Shown in pieces: positions 13,953 to 28,493 of a DNA stretch of 64,000 nucleotides; the stretch's first letter is position 1; each line of letters opens with the position of its first letter. This stretch comes from Octopus vulgaris (taxonomy: Eukaryota). The notes beneath the pieces are model-generated. The model made no database searches, had not been told where the DNA came from, and worked only from the letters and a program-made list of their open reading frames with translations. A program made the translations under genes and the position numbers. The stretch lies in assembly GCA_951406725.2 (NCBI GenBank), contig OX597830.1, forward strand, positions 3,410,001-3,474,000, read 5' to 3'.

Positions 13953-16861
13953 TATTTGAAGCAGGTCTCTAAGATTTATTACCTCTCACCCTTTCTTCTT
14001 TTATCCCTCCACTCTCAGAGACTCTGTTAAGTATCATAGATAGGGTCTTCCTTTTCTGAGTAAAATATTCAGGGAAAGAAATCCATTTTCAACAAATTCC
14101 ATTTTCAGCAGATTCCAGATGTTAACCCCTATCTTTATTTAAACTAAAATACCCTAAGGGGTAAACCCATTAATCTAAACCCTCTCAGCATTCATAAATA
14201 ATTTAGTAAATACATAAAATAGCTGCAAACACCTGACATGTTTATAAACTCTCACAGTTAACAGGAAAAAAGGGATCGATTGAGCAACGTATTTTCAAGT
14301 TATTTATCTTTATTTACTTTGGAAAAATGGTTTCCTTGTTGACTGTTCAAACATGCTAAAAGATTGGATGCTAAAATAGCCCATTGTCTCTCTCTTCCTC
14401 TCTCTCTCTCTCTCTATCTCTCACTCCCTTTCTCTCTCTCATTCTCTTTCTCTCTCGTACAACGTCAAGAAAATTTACTCGTTTAAAAATTCAAAATATG
14501 TGACACTTGATTGAGTTAAACTCTTGCTTGAATTAATTATTATTATCTGGTCCAACAATATTTCTCCAATGTTTACTTCTCCTAAATATTAAACCAAATA
14601 GTTTCCCCATGTATTTTCACTGATGTACAGTGTTACAAACGAAATCAAAGTAGCCATTCCACCCCAGCCAACCATTTCAGTTAAATTCATGAATTGAATA
14701 TATAACTTCATCTCTTGGGTAATTTTCTACTTTTGTGTAAAATAACATATTTGAATATATTTTGAGTTTTGTGCTATAAACACAAGTCATGTGATTGATA
14801 GTGCAAAATATATGCTGCATATAACAGTCACCATAAAACTGCAATGAATATTCTGCAGCACTGGATAAATCATTCATATGATATTTGTCTAATGTAATGT
14901 AGGTGTTATGTGCATTGTGCAAGATATACAATACAATATTTCGAAGTGATATTAAATATGTATTTATTACATATTACAGAAGCTATAATATACATCTTAT
15001 GCTTTATGATGTATTACTAATAGATTAAAGCAAATCCATACAGATCTGCATATTTTGCTGATACAATATCTTAAACATAGTATTTTGATTGCAATTCTTT
15101 TTTTAGGTTAGTCTGTTTGAAACTTCGTTTATTTTATCTGGTCATACATTTCCCAGGAGGATTCATGGAGATGACAACAGCATCGACATAGTTGTTGCAT
15201 TTCTTATCACCCTGTGGGTACTGAATAATGCCGATCTCACATGACAGACAGCATATGGATATGATATTAATTGCTTCTTAATACAGCATGCACATTACAA
15301 ATGCATCTGTTTCATCTTTCGACTTCTTTTTCAAATCATTTCTGATCAACAGTATTTCTGCCTGATTATTCCGGAATCAACATCAAAATAATCTTTGCAC
15401 TAACTTAATGATTAATTCATAAAAGTGGCTATAAAACAGATAAATGGCTTGTGTGTGCGTGTATGAGTGTGTGTGTGTGTGAAATATTCAACTGGTGCTG
15501 TGTATAATATATTCAGAGGCGACTGAAGTTAGCCATGTTTCTTTAACCAGTTCACTATAAAAGAGGAAGTAGATATTACATTTTTAATGTATAAAGTTTA
15601 AATTTGTCGCTGTTTCATTGTTAGATGTTTTATATCTGCAAATTGGACACGTCTGCTGCTTATTGGAGATTGTTTATCAAAAGCAATATTCAGTCCTAAT
15701 AAAAAGTGAACAAAGATGGTTTAACTTATATAAACAGAATCAAGGGAGACTGGAGCTGTACTGTCACAGCAAAACTTGTATTATTTGGGAAAAAGGACAG
15801 AATTATTAGTGAAATCACCATGGGGAGCAGAATATCAAATGTTTTGGACAGGATCCTTCTTTCGAGTAAAGTTCACTAGAGTTTTGCATCTACTATCTTT
15901 CCTTCTGTCATTTTGACCCTGAAGAAAGGTCAGGTCAAATATGGGCAGGAGATGAAGCACAAGTGCAGTGCCTTGTTGCATCCACAATTGACTCAGCTAA
16001 TCCCAAGCAACCGTCTGAGTAGTGTTTCAATCAGTTTTCATCTCTACCAAATATTTCCCCATCTGTCATGACCATGTGGCATGTGGCCCTCTAGCTTGAG
16101 CCATCACCCTTGATGGATCCTGAGAGAAAAGGACTTGATCTGCAGAACCCAATTTGGAAAATGGAACAGCATGACCAAACAATCTGAACTGACAATTCCA
16201 AATCCTACGAGCAATGGAATCCATTCCAGTTTTTCAGTCTAGTAGTTGCTTGGATTCAAAATCCAACTGATGGTAACTCATAATCCTCTGCAGTATAATA
16301 AAGGGGTTCAGGCAGCTCATAAGGGCCCTGGACAGTGTCCCATTGTCTTGCAAATATAGAGCAAGACAGGAAGTATGAAGACCACTCAGTCTTCTGCTAG
16401 CTGATGTAGAACTCTTTCCAAAATGCTGGATGTTTCCCTCCCCATAGAAATTTCACTGCACTCCTCCTGCCATTTTAATTACATCGTCCTTGCTTCAATG
16501 TATATTAAGTAAAAGGTATATCCTAAGACTAAACTCACTTGTCAATAATCTTTTCAATATAATACAACTAATCACTTCATGAAATCTCGAGAACTATCGA
16601 GTTGTTGTTTCTACAGTTATAACTGAGTAAATCATGAACTCAACATGAAGTGGAACTCAGCTCTGCCCTTAGCAATTCACTCCTACTATTAAAAGCAATG
16701 CCCAGCTGTCTGACAATGCACCACTTTGTTTCATTGCTGTATTAACATCACTGGGCTTGTTATTGTTTTAACATATCTGGTGTTGATCAACACAATAAAG
16801 ACTTCTAAACAGCACCAAAAGCTCGTTAGCTCCCATAAAGGCATAGATATGAATGATGCTT

Positions 16862-17043
16862 TGTGTGTGTGTGTGTATGTATGCATGTATGTATGTACGT
16901 ATGTATGCATGCACGTTTATATGAATGTATATATGCATGCATGCATGTATGTATGTATGTATGTATGTATGTATGTATGTATGTATGTATGTATGTATGT
17001 ATGTATGTATGTATGTATGTATGTATGTATGTATGTATGTATG
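16862..17043. repeat. (TG)n/(ATGT)n microsatellite
   Basis: Seen directly. Confidence 0.98.
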
Positions 17044-17206
17044 GCATACTGAAATTTTGTTTGCTTACTTCAGACAGTCATTCAAGTAAGTTGTATCAGA
17101 AGATGGTATTGTCAACAATAATGATAATGTGCATGATTGCCAATAATCTACAGATCTGTTCATAGATACGTGTTCTATGTGTTTGCTCCTAATTTGACTC
17201 AAGCAT

Positions 17207-17440
17207 AGGGCAGCGAGCTGGCAGAGTTGTTAGCACACTGGGTGAAATGCTTAGCGGTATTTCATCTGCCGTTACGTTCTGAGTTCAAATTCTGCTGAGG
17301 TTGACTTTACCTTTCTTTCTTTCTTTTGGAGTCGTTTAAATAAGTACCAGTTATGCACTGGAATCAATGTAATTGACTTAATCCCTTTGTCTGTCCTTGT
17401 TAGTCCCCTCTACTTTTAGCCCCTGAGGGCAATAAAGAAA
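17207..17440 (+). mobile_element. Meta-domain tRNA SINE, family C
   Basis: A box gctggcagagttg, B box gagttcaaattc, central Meta-like ctttc...gagtcg...taagtaccag. Confidence 0.8.
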
Positions 17441-18443
17441 TACAGTCGTGTTTTTGTTCCCAACTTTGACCCGCCATAAATCCTAAATTTTATTTTAGAG
17501 GAAAACATGGAGGGGACAGGTGGAGGAGAAGACTGAGAAGGGAGGATGCCCAGAACAGCGCAAGAAGGTGAGATGGTGTGAGGGCAGCTGCTAGCACTCT
17601 GAGGTAGATCTGGCCAGAGATTTAAAACACTGGATGATGATGATGATGAGGAGGAGGAAGATGATATATATATATGCACAAAGGAATAGAACGACTAGAA
17701 TACACACACAGAATATTTACAAACTCTTGTCAATTATCAAAAGGATCACCAATTTCATACCTTTTACGATAATAATGATCCCCTTTGGTGGCCTCAGTGA
17801 TGAGAAGCCCCCGGGTGGATAACAAACAAATGAACAGAGGACCAAACAGCAGAAAGTGGGCATAGAAATATGAAATCTATCAGCAATATGCAATATGAAT
17901 TATACAAACGAAATAATATTCAAGATGAGATGAATAAGGAATGGACAAGGGACAAAGACGGAAACAAACTTGATGGAATGTAGATATACATACAAAATGA
18001 AACAAATAAAGAGAATAAGGCCTTGGGGCTGAGACATGAGACGAAAATATGGGTAATGCTAGGAAGAGTATACTAAAGGATTGGAAATGAAGGGAACAAC
18101 AGAGAGACAACAAAACATGTAGAAACATGGCTGGTCATGTTAGTGATTGATGGGGAAAAAGAAAGGAAGGGTGATGATGCCAAAGGATAAGCTGTCTGTG
18201 GATGGAGGGAGAAAGTGGTAGAGGGCAGAGAGAGATACTGAGAGCAACGGAAATAGAAGAGGAAGGCACAAGACTGGGATAGGTAGCAGCACAGAGGAAA
18301 ATGTTAAAGGGAGAGAGAAGGGCAAAAAGGAAAGAGAGGACAGAAATAGACGTCACACAAAATAGTAAATTCACAGAATGTTAACAAAATAAGACAGTGC
18401 ATGGCATTATATTAAAGAACATGTTTAAAACAAAGACACATAA

Positions 18444-19294
18444 TCTCTATATTATAATTCTGAAATGCGAAAAGTTTGTTTGTTTGTCTGGTTTTGACAC
18501 TGAGAACGGGTTAAAGGCCACTAGATCCCGCCAGATTGACTCCAAAATTTACAGGGACATGTAAAATGAGGTGAGGATGCGAGTGGGCTAGATTAAAAAT
18601 CCCCATCTTAAAAGGTGTCGCTGCTAGGGCCAAAAACGCACTTTGACAAGTCTACTCTCATTCTTTTATGTATCTGTCTTCCTCCATCACTCACTCTCTT
18701 TCCTCCCTTCCTTTCACGTTCTATCTATAACGATATTTCACAGCGTCTGCCTCCCTTCCCTCCACTTTCTCTTTATAACGTTGTTTCACAGCGTCTACCT
18801 CCCTTTCCTTCACATTCTCTCTATAACGTTATAGAGAGAAAGTGAAAGGAAGCGAGAAAGTAATAATGAGTGAATGAGAATAACGACGAAGAGTTTAAAA
18901 AGCGTAAAAATATTTTCTTTCTCAACTTACTCAAGATCTTTTGTTGTTTATAAACGGGAGATAGATAGATAGAGAAAGATAGAGAGTAAGAGAAAGCGAG
19001 GGAAAGTCTACTATCTTTCCCCCGTCGCCTTTACGAGCGCTGTCACACACTCTCTCTCTATGTCTGTCTGCATTCATAGAGAGAATTATGATCGCCACCA
19101 CCACCACATACAATCATGAGAACAAATATTATGAATCAGATATTTATTGGGTTAATTTATATGTGTGTGTGTGTGTGTTCTATATATAAATATGTATATA
19201 TAATATGATATATACAGTGTATACATCTGTATTTATATATATATATATATATATATAATTTGTATACATTTATATATATAATACGTACACACAT

Positions 19295-19349
<55 letters not shown>

Positions 19350-20531
19350 ATGTGTGCATTATGTGGTCGGATGAGCTGAAAATATGCACACCTATGTTAA
19401 AAGTGCTGGCGAGTTTGCATGACAACTATTTCTTTCCTCAAATGAAAGGCGTGACCTCAAGGACAAAATTCCTCATCTTATAAAATGTGGCCCGAGTAGA
19501 CCCGAATAAAATCGGGTTATATTAACCAAAATGTGAAAAGGGGTGTAAAGGGGATTAAAATTTACAGGAACGGGTGTTTAGGAATTCTCAGTTACATCAA
19601 GCTAAAAAATTTGCGTCAGCCTTTTAATCGTCAATGTGTTACCGTCCATGATGAAGAAGTTTTGAATGATTGCCATGGTGAGTCTACTGTCGTGAGAAAG
19701 AATCACTTCAAAACTTGGTGTTTAGGAATTTTCTTTTACATCAAGATCAAAATTTTACGCCAGTCGTTAAACTGCCACTATGTTGCTGTCCGTCGTTAAG
19801 AAATGCCAGCCATGGTGACTCTATCCTCAGATTCTATCCCTTCAAACTTTGGTTTCCAATATTTTATTATTTTTATTCAGCTAGCAAGTTCGTCTGTCCC
19901 TTTTAAATGTTAGTGTTTTGCTGTCTGCCTTGAAGCAGACCTTTCCGTTGTCACTGCCTGATACTTATGATTGATCTTTCCAAATATTTTCTTTCTCAAC
20001 TTACTCAAGATCTTCTGTTGTTTATAAATGGGAGAGAGATAGATAAAGATAGAGAGTAAGAGAAAGCGAGGGAGAGTCCGAGAGAAAGGAAGAGTAAGAG
20101 AGTGGGAAAGTGAGAGAGAAAGGAGAGAGAAACAAAAAGGGAGAATCATCATCACTATCATCATCATCATCGTTTAACGTCCGTTTTCCGTGCTAGCACG
20201 GGTTGGACGGTTTGACCGGGGTCTGAGAAGCCAGGAGGCTGCACCAGGCTCCAGTCTAATCTGGTAGTGTTTCTACAGCTGGATGCCCTTCCTAACTCCA
20301 ACCACTCCCTGAGTGTAGTGGGTCCTTTTTCGTGCCACCGGCACAGGTGCCAGGGGACCTGGCAGCGGCCACGATCGGTTGGTACTTTTTACGTGCCACC
20401 GTCACAGGGGCCAGTCAAGGCGGCGCTGCCATCGGCCACGTTCGGATGATGCTTTTTACGTGCCGAAAGTAAGCAACAGAAAGTAACAACCACACTCTTA
20501 CCCGCGCGTAGAGCGGGTCACCTTCAGCTAG
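18444..20531 (+). mobile_element. Non-autonomous Helitron, family 1, copy 1
   Basis: 5' a|TC...aaatgcgaaaagtttgtttg; 3' hairpin acccgc-gcgtaga-gcgggt (20500-20518) then CTAG at 20528-20531. Confidence 0.85.
20147..20464 (-). mobile_element. Family B retroposon inserted in Helitron copy 1
   Basis: Absent from the equivalent position of copy 2 (about 21950). Confidence 0.9.
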
Positions 20532-21073
20532 TCAATATCTATAAATCTGAAATGCGAAAAGTTTGTTTGTCTGGTTTTGGCATTGGAACGGGTTGAAGGG
20601 CTCTAGATCTCATCGGATTGACTCCAAAATTTCCAGGGACATGTAAAATGAGGTGAGGATGTGAGTGGGCTAGGTTAGAAATCCCTATCTTAAAAGGTGT
20701 GGTTACTAGTGCAAAAACGCACACTTTGACAAGTCTTCTCTCACTCTCTTATCTGCATGTCTTCCTCCGTCTCTCTCTGTTTCCTCCCTTCCTATTACTT
20801 TCTCTCTATAAAAACGATTGACAGATACTACTATCTTAACCTCGCTGCCTTCGCCAGCGCTTTCCCTCTTTCCCCCACCGCATCCCCCCTCTTTCTGTGT
20901 ATGTCCGTCTGCATTCATAGAGAGTTTTATTATCGCCAACACCATCACACAATCATGAGAACAAATATTATGAATCAGATATTTATTGAGATAATTTATA
21001 TATGTGTGTGTGTGTGTTCTATATATAAATATGCATATATAATGTATATATACAAAGTGTATATATCTGTATT

Positions 21074-21139
<66 letters not shown>

Positions 21140-22033
21140 GTGCATTAAGTGGTCGGTTGAGCTGAAAATATGCACACCTATGTTAAAAGTGCTGGCGAGT
21201 TTGCATGACAACTATTTGTTTCCTCAAATGAAAGGCATGACCTCTAGGACAAAATTCCTCATCTTATAAATTGTGGCCTGAGTAGACCCAAATGAAATCG
21301 GGTTATATTAACCAAAATGTGAAAAGGGGTCTAAATGGGGCTGGAAGGGGATTAAAATTTACTGGAACGGGTGTTTAGGAATTCTCTGTTACATCAAGTT
21401 AAAAATTTTGCACCAGCCTTTAAAATCTTCAATGTGTTGCCGTCCATGATGAAGAAGTTTTGAATGCTTGCCATGGTGAGTCTACTGTCGTGAGAAAGAA
21501 TCACCTCAAAACTTGATGTTTAGGAATTTTATTTTACATCAAGTTCAACATTTTACCCCAGTCGTTAAACTGCCACTATGTTGCTGTCCGTCGTTAAGAA
21601 ATGCCAGCCATGGTGACTCTACTATCCTCAGATTCTATCCCTTCAAACTTTGGTTTCCAATATTTTTTATTTTTATTTAGCTCGCAAGTTCGTCTGTCTC
21701 TTTTAAATGTTATTGTTTTGCTGTCTGCCTTGAAGCAGACCTTTCCGTTGTCACTGCCTGATATTTATGATTGATCTTTCCAAATATTTTCTTTCGCAAC
21801 TTACTCAAGATCTTTTGTTGTTTATAAATGGGAGAGAGATAGATAGAGAAAGATAGAGAGTAAGAGAAAGCGAGGGAGAGTCCGTGAGAAAGGAAGAGTA
21901 AGAGAGTGGGAAAGTGAGAGAGAAAGGAGAGAGAAACAAAGAGGGAGAATGTGGCGATAAAAAACAGAAAGGAAGCAACAGAAAGTAACAACCACACTCT
22001 TACCCGCGCGTAGAGCGGGTCACCTTAGGCTAA
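20532..22033 (+). mobile_element. Non-autonomous Helitron, family 1, copy 2 (tandem)
   Basis: Starts TC directly after copy 1 CTAG; collinear with copy 1; same hairpin at 22002-22020; ends CTAA|T (CTRR). Confidence 0.85.
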
Positions 22034-22049
22034 TATATATATAAAGCAC

Positions 22050-22258
22050 AAATGAATGGAACCAACAGAAAACACACGCAGAATGTCACCAAGTCCTCAT
22101 CAGTTATCATTCAAAGGATCACCACAATTTCACACCTCTGACACCACCAAAGGGAACCAATATTATCGTTAGAGGCACAAAATTTATGTGATCCTTTGAA
22201 TGATAACTAATGAGGATTTGGCAACATTCAGTGTGTTTTCCATTTGTGTCATTCATTC
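22050..22258. repeat. Imperfect inverted repeat, arms about 90 bp
   Basis: cctcatcagttatcattcaaaggatcac pairs with gtgatcctttgaatgataactaatgagg. Confidence 0.85.
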
Positions 22259-22313
22259 ATACTCACAGATACATTATGTATCTTCGTAGACACAGACACA
22301 CACACACACACAC

Positions 22314-22361
<48 letters not shown>

Positions 22362-22363
<2 letters not shown>

Positions 22364-22775
22364 TCTTACTCTTTACTCTTTTACTTGTTTCAGTCATTTG
22401 ACTGCGGCCATGCTGGAGCACCGCCTTTAGTCGAGCAAATCGACCCGGGGCTTATTCTTTGTAAGCCCAGTACTTATTCTATCGGTCTCTTTTGCCGAAC
22501 CGCTAAGTGACGGGGACGTAAACACATCAGCGTCGGTTGTCAAGCAATGCCTGGGGGACAAACAAAGACACACAAACACACACATACATATATATATATA
22601 TATACATATATACGACAGGCTTCTTTCAGTTTCCGTCTACCAAATCCACTTACAAGGCATGGGTCAGCCCGGGGCTATAGCAGAAGACATTTGCCCAAGA
22701 TGCCACGCAGTGGGACTGAACCCGGAACCATGTGGCTGGTTAGCAAGCTACTTACCACACAACCACTCCTGCGCC
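22362..22775 (-). mobile_element. tRNA-derived CORE-type SINE, family A, full length, CpG-retaining
   Basis: Head ggcgcaggagtggttgtgtggtaag through (aagagta)n tail, embedded in (TA)n. Confidence 0.92.
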
Positions 22776-22895
22776 TATATATATATATATATATATAACG
22801 GGAAGGTTTATGAAAATAAACAAAAGACAGAGGCAGGTGGAGTACAAACAAACAAATGTATTAGTATAGCGCTCAGGAATAGAAATAGAAAAAGT

Positions 22896-22931
22896 CTTTT
22901 ACGTTTCGAGCCTACGCTCTTCGACAGAAAG
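22896..22931 (-). ncRNA. Minimal type I hammerhead-like ribozyme (A6U core variant) in a Penelope-like terminal repeat fragment
   Basis: Minus strand: cttt CTGTCGA a gagc gtag gctc GAAAC GTA aaag. Confidence 0.7.
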
Positions 22932-23460
22932 ATACACAGAAAAAAAACAAGGAGAGAAACAAGGAGAGAAAAAAATGCGGGTAGTAGCTTACGATCTATC
23001 GTGGCATCCTGACTTCGGACAGTATATATATATAACACACACACACACATATATATATATATACAGGCATAAACACACACACATATATACATATATACAC
23101 CCATCCATATGCACCTATTTATACATACATATACATAAATATATTCACATATGTACATATATGCATACATACATATATATATATGCATACATACAAATAT
23201 ACACTCATAGAAATATACAAAAACACACACATACATATATACACAAACATATGAATACAAGCACTCAACTATGACTCCAACACATAGCAGAAACAGCTGT
23301 AAGCCAATGAAGTTCATAAGATAGCCATTTACTCCTTTCTCATCTCTTTTCTTATTACTGCTCTGTACTCAACTAACACTTCATTCAGGAGCTTATGTAT
23401 ATTGAGTTCTACACCAGGTTATTTGTATCACAATACCCATGTGAAATATATATATACATA

Positions 23461-23817
23461 TATAAAATCTGTTCTGTCTGTCTGTGTGTGTTTCTTCTAT
23501 GATCTCTGGCATCCTCCATTCGATTGCGCTCAAATTTGATATGTAGATACCAACGGTATCAGGGCATGTATAAGATTACAAAAATCGATTCCAGGTGAGA
23601 ATGCGATTGATAAAGTGAATAAAATTGTTTTCCTTTGGAATAGAAAAAATGTTTATTTTTATTTCTTCTGTTGCTGGTGTCTCAAATTTAGGTTAAATCA
23701 GTGTTTCTCAAAGGGGAGGTCTAAGGGACAGTCGGACAGGTTGTTTTGAGAAAATTGGTTTAAATGTTTGACAACTCAGCACTGTCCATTGGACGGGGGG
23801 GGGGGCGTTTTGCTCGT
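23461..23817 (+). mobile_element. Non-autonomous Helitron-like element, family 2
   Basis: Collinear with 8320-8824 with an internal deletion; 3' hairpin ctgtcca-t-tggacgg followed by ctcg|t. Confidence 0.65.
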
Positions 23818-24223
23818 ATATATATGTATATCTATCTATCTATATATATATATACATATATATAATTGTTTAACAAGAATAGTATTGTCAGTGTTGTTAT
23901 CAGACTGTCCAGTGATAGCCCCACTGACACAAGACTGCAAAGTCACTGACAGTTCTATTCTTGTTGAAGAATGATAAATTGTGTGTCGTACGGCCAGCTG
24001 GAGACGATGTTTGCTGGGGCTAAAACAACAGTAACATTCATCCCAACTGAGATAGCCACATCATGCTGGTAAACTGGTAAATAGTTTTACTTTGATAAAA
24101 AGTTTGTCCTCTATAAAAAATAACAAGTTAACTTTCCAGATTAATGTAAAAATGTTTTTTATTATAACTAAGCATAGAAACAAAACATTTCTGTGTATGT
24201 AAGTATGTATATACATGCACACA

Positions 24224-24336
<113 letters not shown>

Positions 24337-25929
24337 CTGACACAAGATTATAATTCCTCATCATCAGGTACTCTCAGCCATTTGAATTGTATCAAAAAAA
24401 TAAAAAAGGGAAACATCTCAGTCTCGTTGTGTGTGTGTGTATGTGTGTGTGTGTGTGTGTATGTGTGTGTGTGTTGTCCTTATACATTCTCTCTATTTGA
24501 AATCTGTTCAATATTAAATGTTGTTTTTTTTAAAGATTAACAGAATTCAAATAGTTTTTTTCCTCAGTTTCTTTATTTCATACTTTCTTTCGTGGCTTCA
24601 ACAGATCTGTTAATAACTCAAAATTACAAAAGCCACATTTACGCATAAAAGACTACCTTAAACATACTATTTAAATATTCTAGAGATTAAAAGCATTTTA
24701 AATTTTCAGTTAGAAGCATTTCAAACATTTTAGAAGTATTAAAAGCATTTAGAAAATAAAATTTTAACTCTGGTGAAGTAAACAGTATTTAAACTCTTGC
24801 AATCTGGAAGAATTAAAGAATTTTTAATGTTTCTCTGAAATATATTCTATCTTTGTGACAATTCTTTTGTATGGTTTCTGTGTTTGTTCATTTATCTTCA
24901 GATCTGTTTTTCCATATTAGCTTGGGTCGGGGTGGGGAGTTATTTGAGGTAAGATTTCATAGACCGATGCTCTTCCTGTCACCAACCCTTACCTATTTTT
25001 CATGTAAGAGACTTTTTATATTCTTCAGATATTTGAAAGTGCAGAGTGACTAGTCGTAGCGTCAGTAAGGAATGTCAGCATTAGAACTACTTTGCTCAAG
25101 CGATGCCGATGTGGAATATAAGCATACAGGCTCATCAACAAACATGTACACACACACAAATATGTATGTGTCTGTATATATATATATATATATCATCATC
25201 ATCATTGTCATTTATATATATCTGGTGGCACGTAAAATGCACCAATCTGACCATGGCCATTGCCAGCCTCGCCTGGCACCTGTGCAGGTGGCACGTAAAA
25301 AGCACCCACTACACTCTGTGCGATAAATGAAGATAAATAAATAATGATAGTTCAATAGATGCTGCAAATGTTTCATTAACATGGCAAGTTATTTGCAATT
25401 AATGTGTTACATCATTATTATTGCATATGTTAAAATCACAACTCATTTCATTAAGTGTTTCTAAACCTTCAGATGATCAAAATCAACAGCAAAGACAGTT
25501 CAGTCTCAAAGATCTTTAGGAGTACCCATTGATCACAGCAACCATAGGCAGATGTTGGAAATGGAACACAGCCAATAAACCATTGTTATCCTAGTTGCAT
25601 CAATCCATTCTAAAAGAGTAGAAGTTGTCAACCACAAACTGATACCAAAACGTAGACAGCCAACAGCTGAGGTTTCAGGTAAATGATTTATGAGTTCACT
25701 GATAACCAGGTGACATGCTTTTAGCATTCTTTTGATGCCAAATGAATATTAACTATTTATTATTTAATATTTAGCTGATGCCTAATTCCTTAGCAAGCTG
25801 TCGTTTCTGATTTTAGTCAGACTGCTACATTTAATAAGTCAAAGAAACTTTGTTCATTTGTTTCAAAATGGAAGAAAAAATTTTGAATTTACTGCCTGTA
25901 GAAATATCAGATTTTAGTATACAAAAAAG

Positions 25930-26003
<74 letters not shown>

Positions 26004-28164
26004 AGAGAGACAGATAGACAGAGGAGAAGGAGGAGAGAGGGAAACTTGAAATCTGTACAGTTTAGCATACATTTCTAAAATGTCATCTATAAGTGAGATG
26101 TTTTTCTTCTTTTCTTATTTTATTGGCTTTATTTAATGGGCTGTGGCCATGCTGGGGCAGTGCATTCAAGAGTTTAACCAATTAATGTATTACCAGTATT
26201 TGACTGATATTAATCTATCAACCCAAGGAGAATGAAAGAAAATCTACCTGAGCAGAGTTTGAACACAGAATGCATACATATGTAGCTTGCTATGTATGCT
26301 ACGGCATAGTGGTAGTTGGTGGTACTGTATTTATACTTATTACAGGTACTGAGTAGATTTTTTTTACTTAAAATGTACCTGATCACTAATACGTCACATT
26401 GGTTTCGAATTTTGGCACAAGGCCAGCAATGTTTTGGGAGGTATAATATGATTACATCAACTCCAGTGCTTAACTGGTTTTTATTTCATGAAGCCCAAAA
26501 GGATGAAGGGCAAAGTCGATGGTGTGACAGTCCTGCTCTTGTGAAGATTGAAACCCAGCACTGAATCCCCATCTCAGCTTTACAATGCAGTTGTTGCTTA
26601 TATTGGTAAAATGTGTGGTTCCTTCTTAAAGCTCAGTTAACTGGGCATTGAGTTAAAAATGGTTTAACTATGGACACAGAATATCACTTGTGAATAGAGA
26701 TAAGCAATTAATTAGGGTCCTGGTTGCCCAATACCCACAGAAAGGGGTCTGAACAACAAGTACCCTATCAATATTATCATTTAAAATACTTTCTGATATT
26801 TTACTTATCATTTAGAATTATTATGCTTTTATTTTTATGGTAGATAATTTCTTTTACAAGTTTTCACTTTGATCTCATTTAAACATTTTTAAATAAATAA
26901 TTTTGAACTACCAGAGATACTAACTTAAATTATTCTCATTGTCATGGTTACCCACATCAAATATTTCCTATCCTACTCTTATTGTCAATTAAATTCACAT
27001 ATAAAATTTATTTCTCATTGTATAAAAGTTTCTGTAATATAGATTTCCTCTCATTTCTAGTTGATGTTTTAAGATCATTTTAATAAATTACTTGTATGTG
27101 AACAATGTTTTACTTCAGTGTTACATTGTACTACAAAATATATCCATAGATTTTTTAGCCCTTTGTGTAATGGATGTAAACACCTTGTGTTTATAGCTAA
27201 TATACAATGGTAATGCACCAATAATTTAATAATAAACTAGCAGCCAAGAATGCATTAAATATGTAAGTGATCCTGTCCAGTTTACTTAAGCTCTCAATGA
27301 TCATGATTTTATAAGCACTGTCTCTATGGAGAATTAAAAATTGCACTCAGTCGCTGAGGAACTCGCAGCACAAAACTGAAACTAGGACAGCTGATCACTT
27401 TTTCTCAATTCAGAAAGATATTTCGTCAATAACATCTCTCTGCTTCATATAGTGTTTGCTAAAATCTATAGATATATTACGTATAGCACAAAGATAATTT
27501 TGTGTATCCAGTTGCCTCATTCAAAGTGAAACATACTTTTAGTTTGAGTGAGTGCTATTGTAATTTATGAAGAAAGTAAAAACATTTCATTTAATTAGAA
27601 CCAAAATTACACAGAAGAAAGCAAAATATAGGCTTGATGACTAATACTGAAGAAATTTGGTCAAGGTAAGAAAGAAACAGTTCTAATTAGAATTAGAATT
27701 ACAATGAGTTGAGGAGGTTAAAACATAAGCTGAAAATTTAGTATTAGTTTAATTTCATCTTCACCGTCAATCATGGCAATTGTAAACATGTTTCAGTCTT
27801 ATTAGTTCTCCTCAACACCTCCTAGCCATTCTTTGTTTTTCTGATCACATGACAGAGCATAACTATTTAGATACTCAAGAAATATACATGAGTTGCTTTT
27901 TCTCTTTCCGTGATAATAAATGGCTCTTGTTTTTGAAATGGTGAAATGATGGGTTTGCTAGAGTTTTGGACAGGATGCTCTGTACAATTTTTCTTTCTGT
28001 GCTTTAAGTTCAAATCCTGCTGTGGTCAACACTGCCTTAAATCTTCTCTGGGTCAGTAAAAAGGTCGAAGGTAATGGACTGAAAGAATTGTAAAGATGTC
28101 ATGTTGCACGCCTTGCAGCATTTATTCCAATTCTTTGCATTCTGAGATCAATCTCTGCAAGACC

Positions 28165-28493
28165 TACCAGGGGGCTGACCAAAGCCTTGTGAGTGGATTT
28201 GATAGATGGAAACTGAAAGAAGCATGTCATATATGTATGTGCGTGCGTGTGTGTGTGTGTGTGTGTGTGTGTCTGTATTTATTCCTCACCACCCCTTCCC
28301 AACCTGTGATAATGTGTTTACATTGCCATAACTTAGCGGTTCAGCAAACAAGACCAATAGAATAAGTACCAAGCTTTAAAAAAAAAAGAGAAAGAGTAAA
28401 CACTGGGATTGATAGGTTTGACTGAAATTCTTCAAGCTGGTGCCCCAGCATGGCCACAGTCTAATGAGTGAAACAAGTAAAAGATGAAAGAAA
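28165..28493 (+). mobile_element. Family A SINE, 5'-truncated
   Basis: gctgaccaaagccttgtgagtggattt...gccccagcatggccacagtc shared with other copies. Confidence 0.8.
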
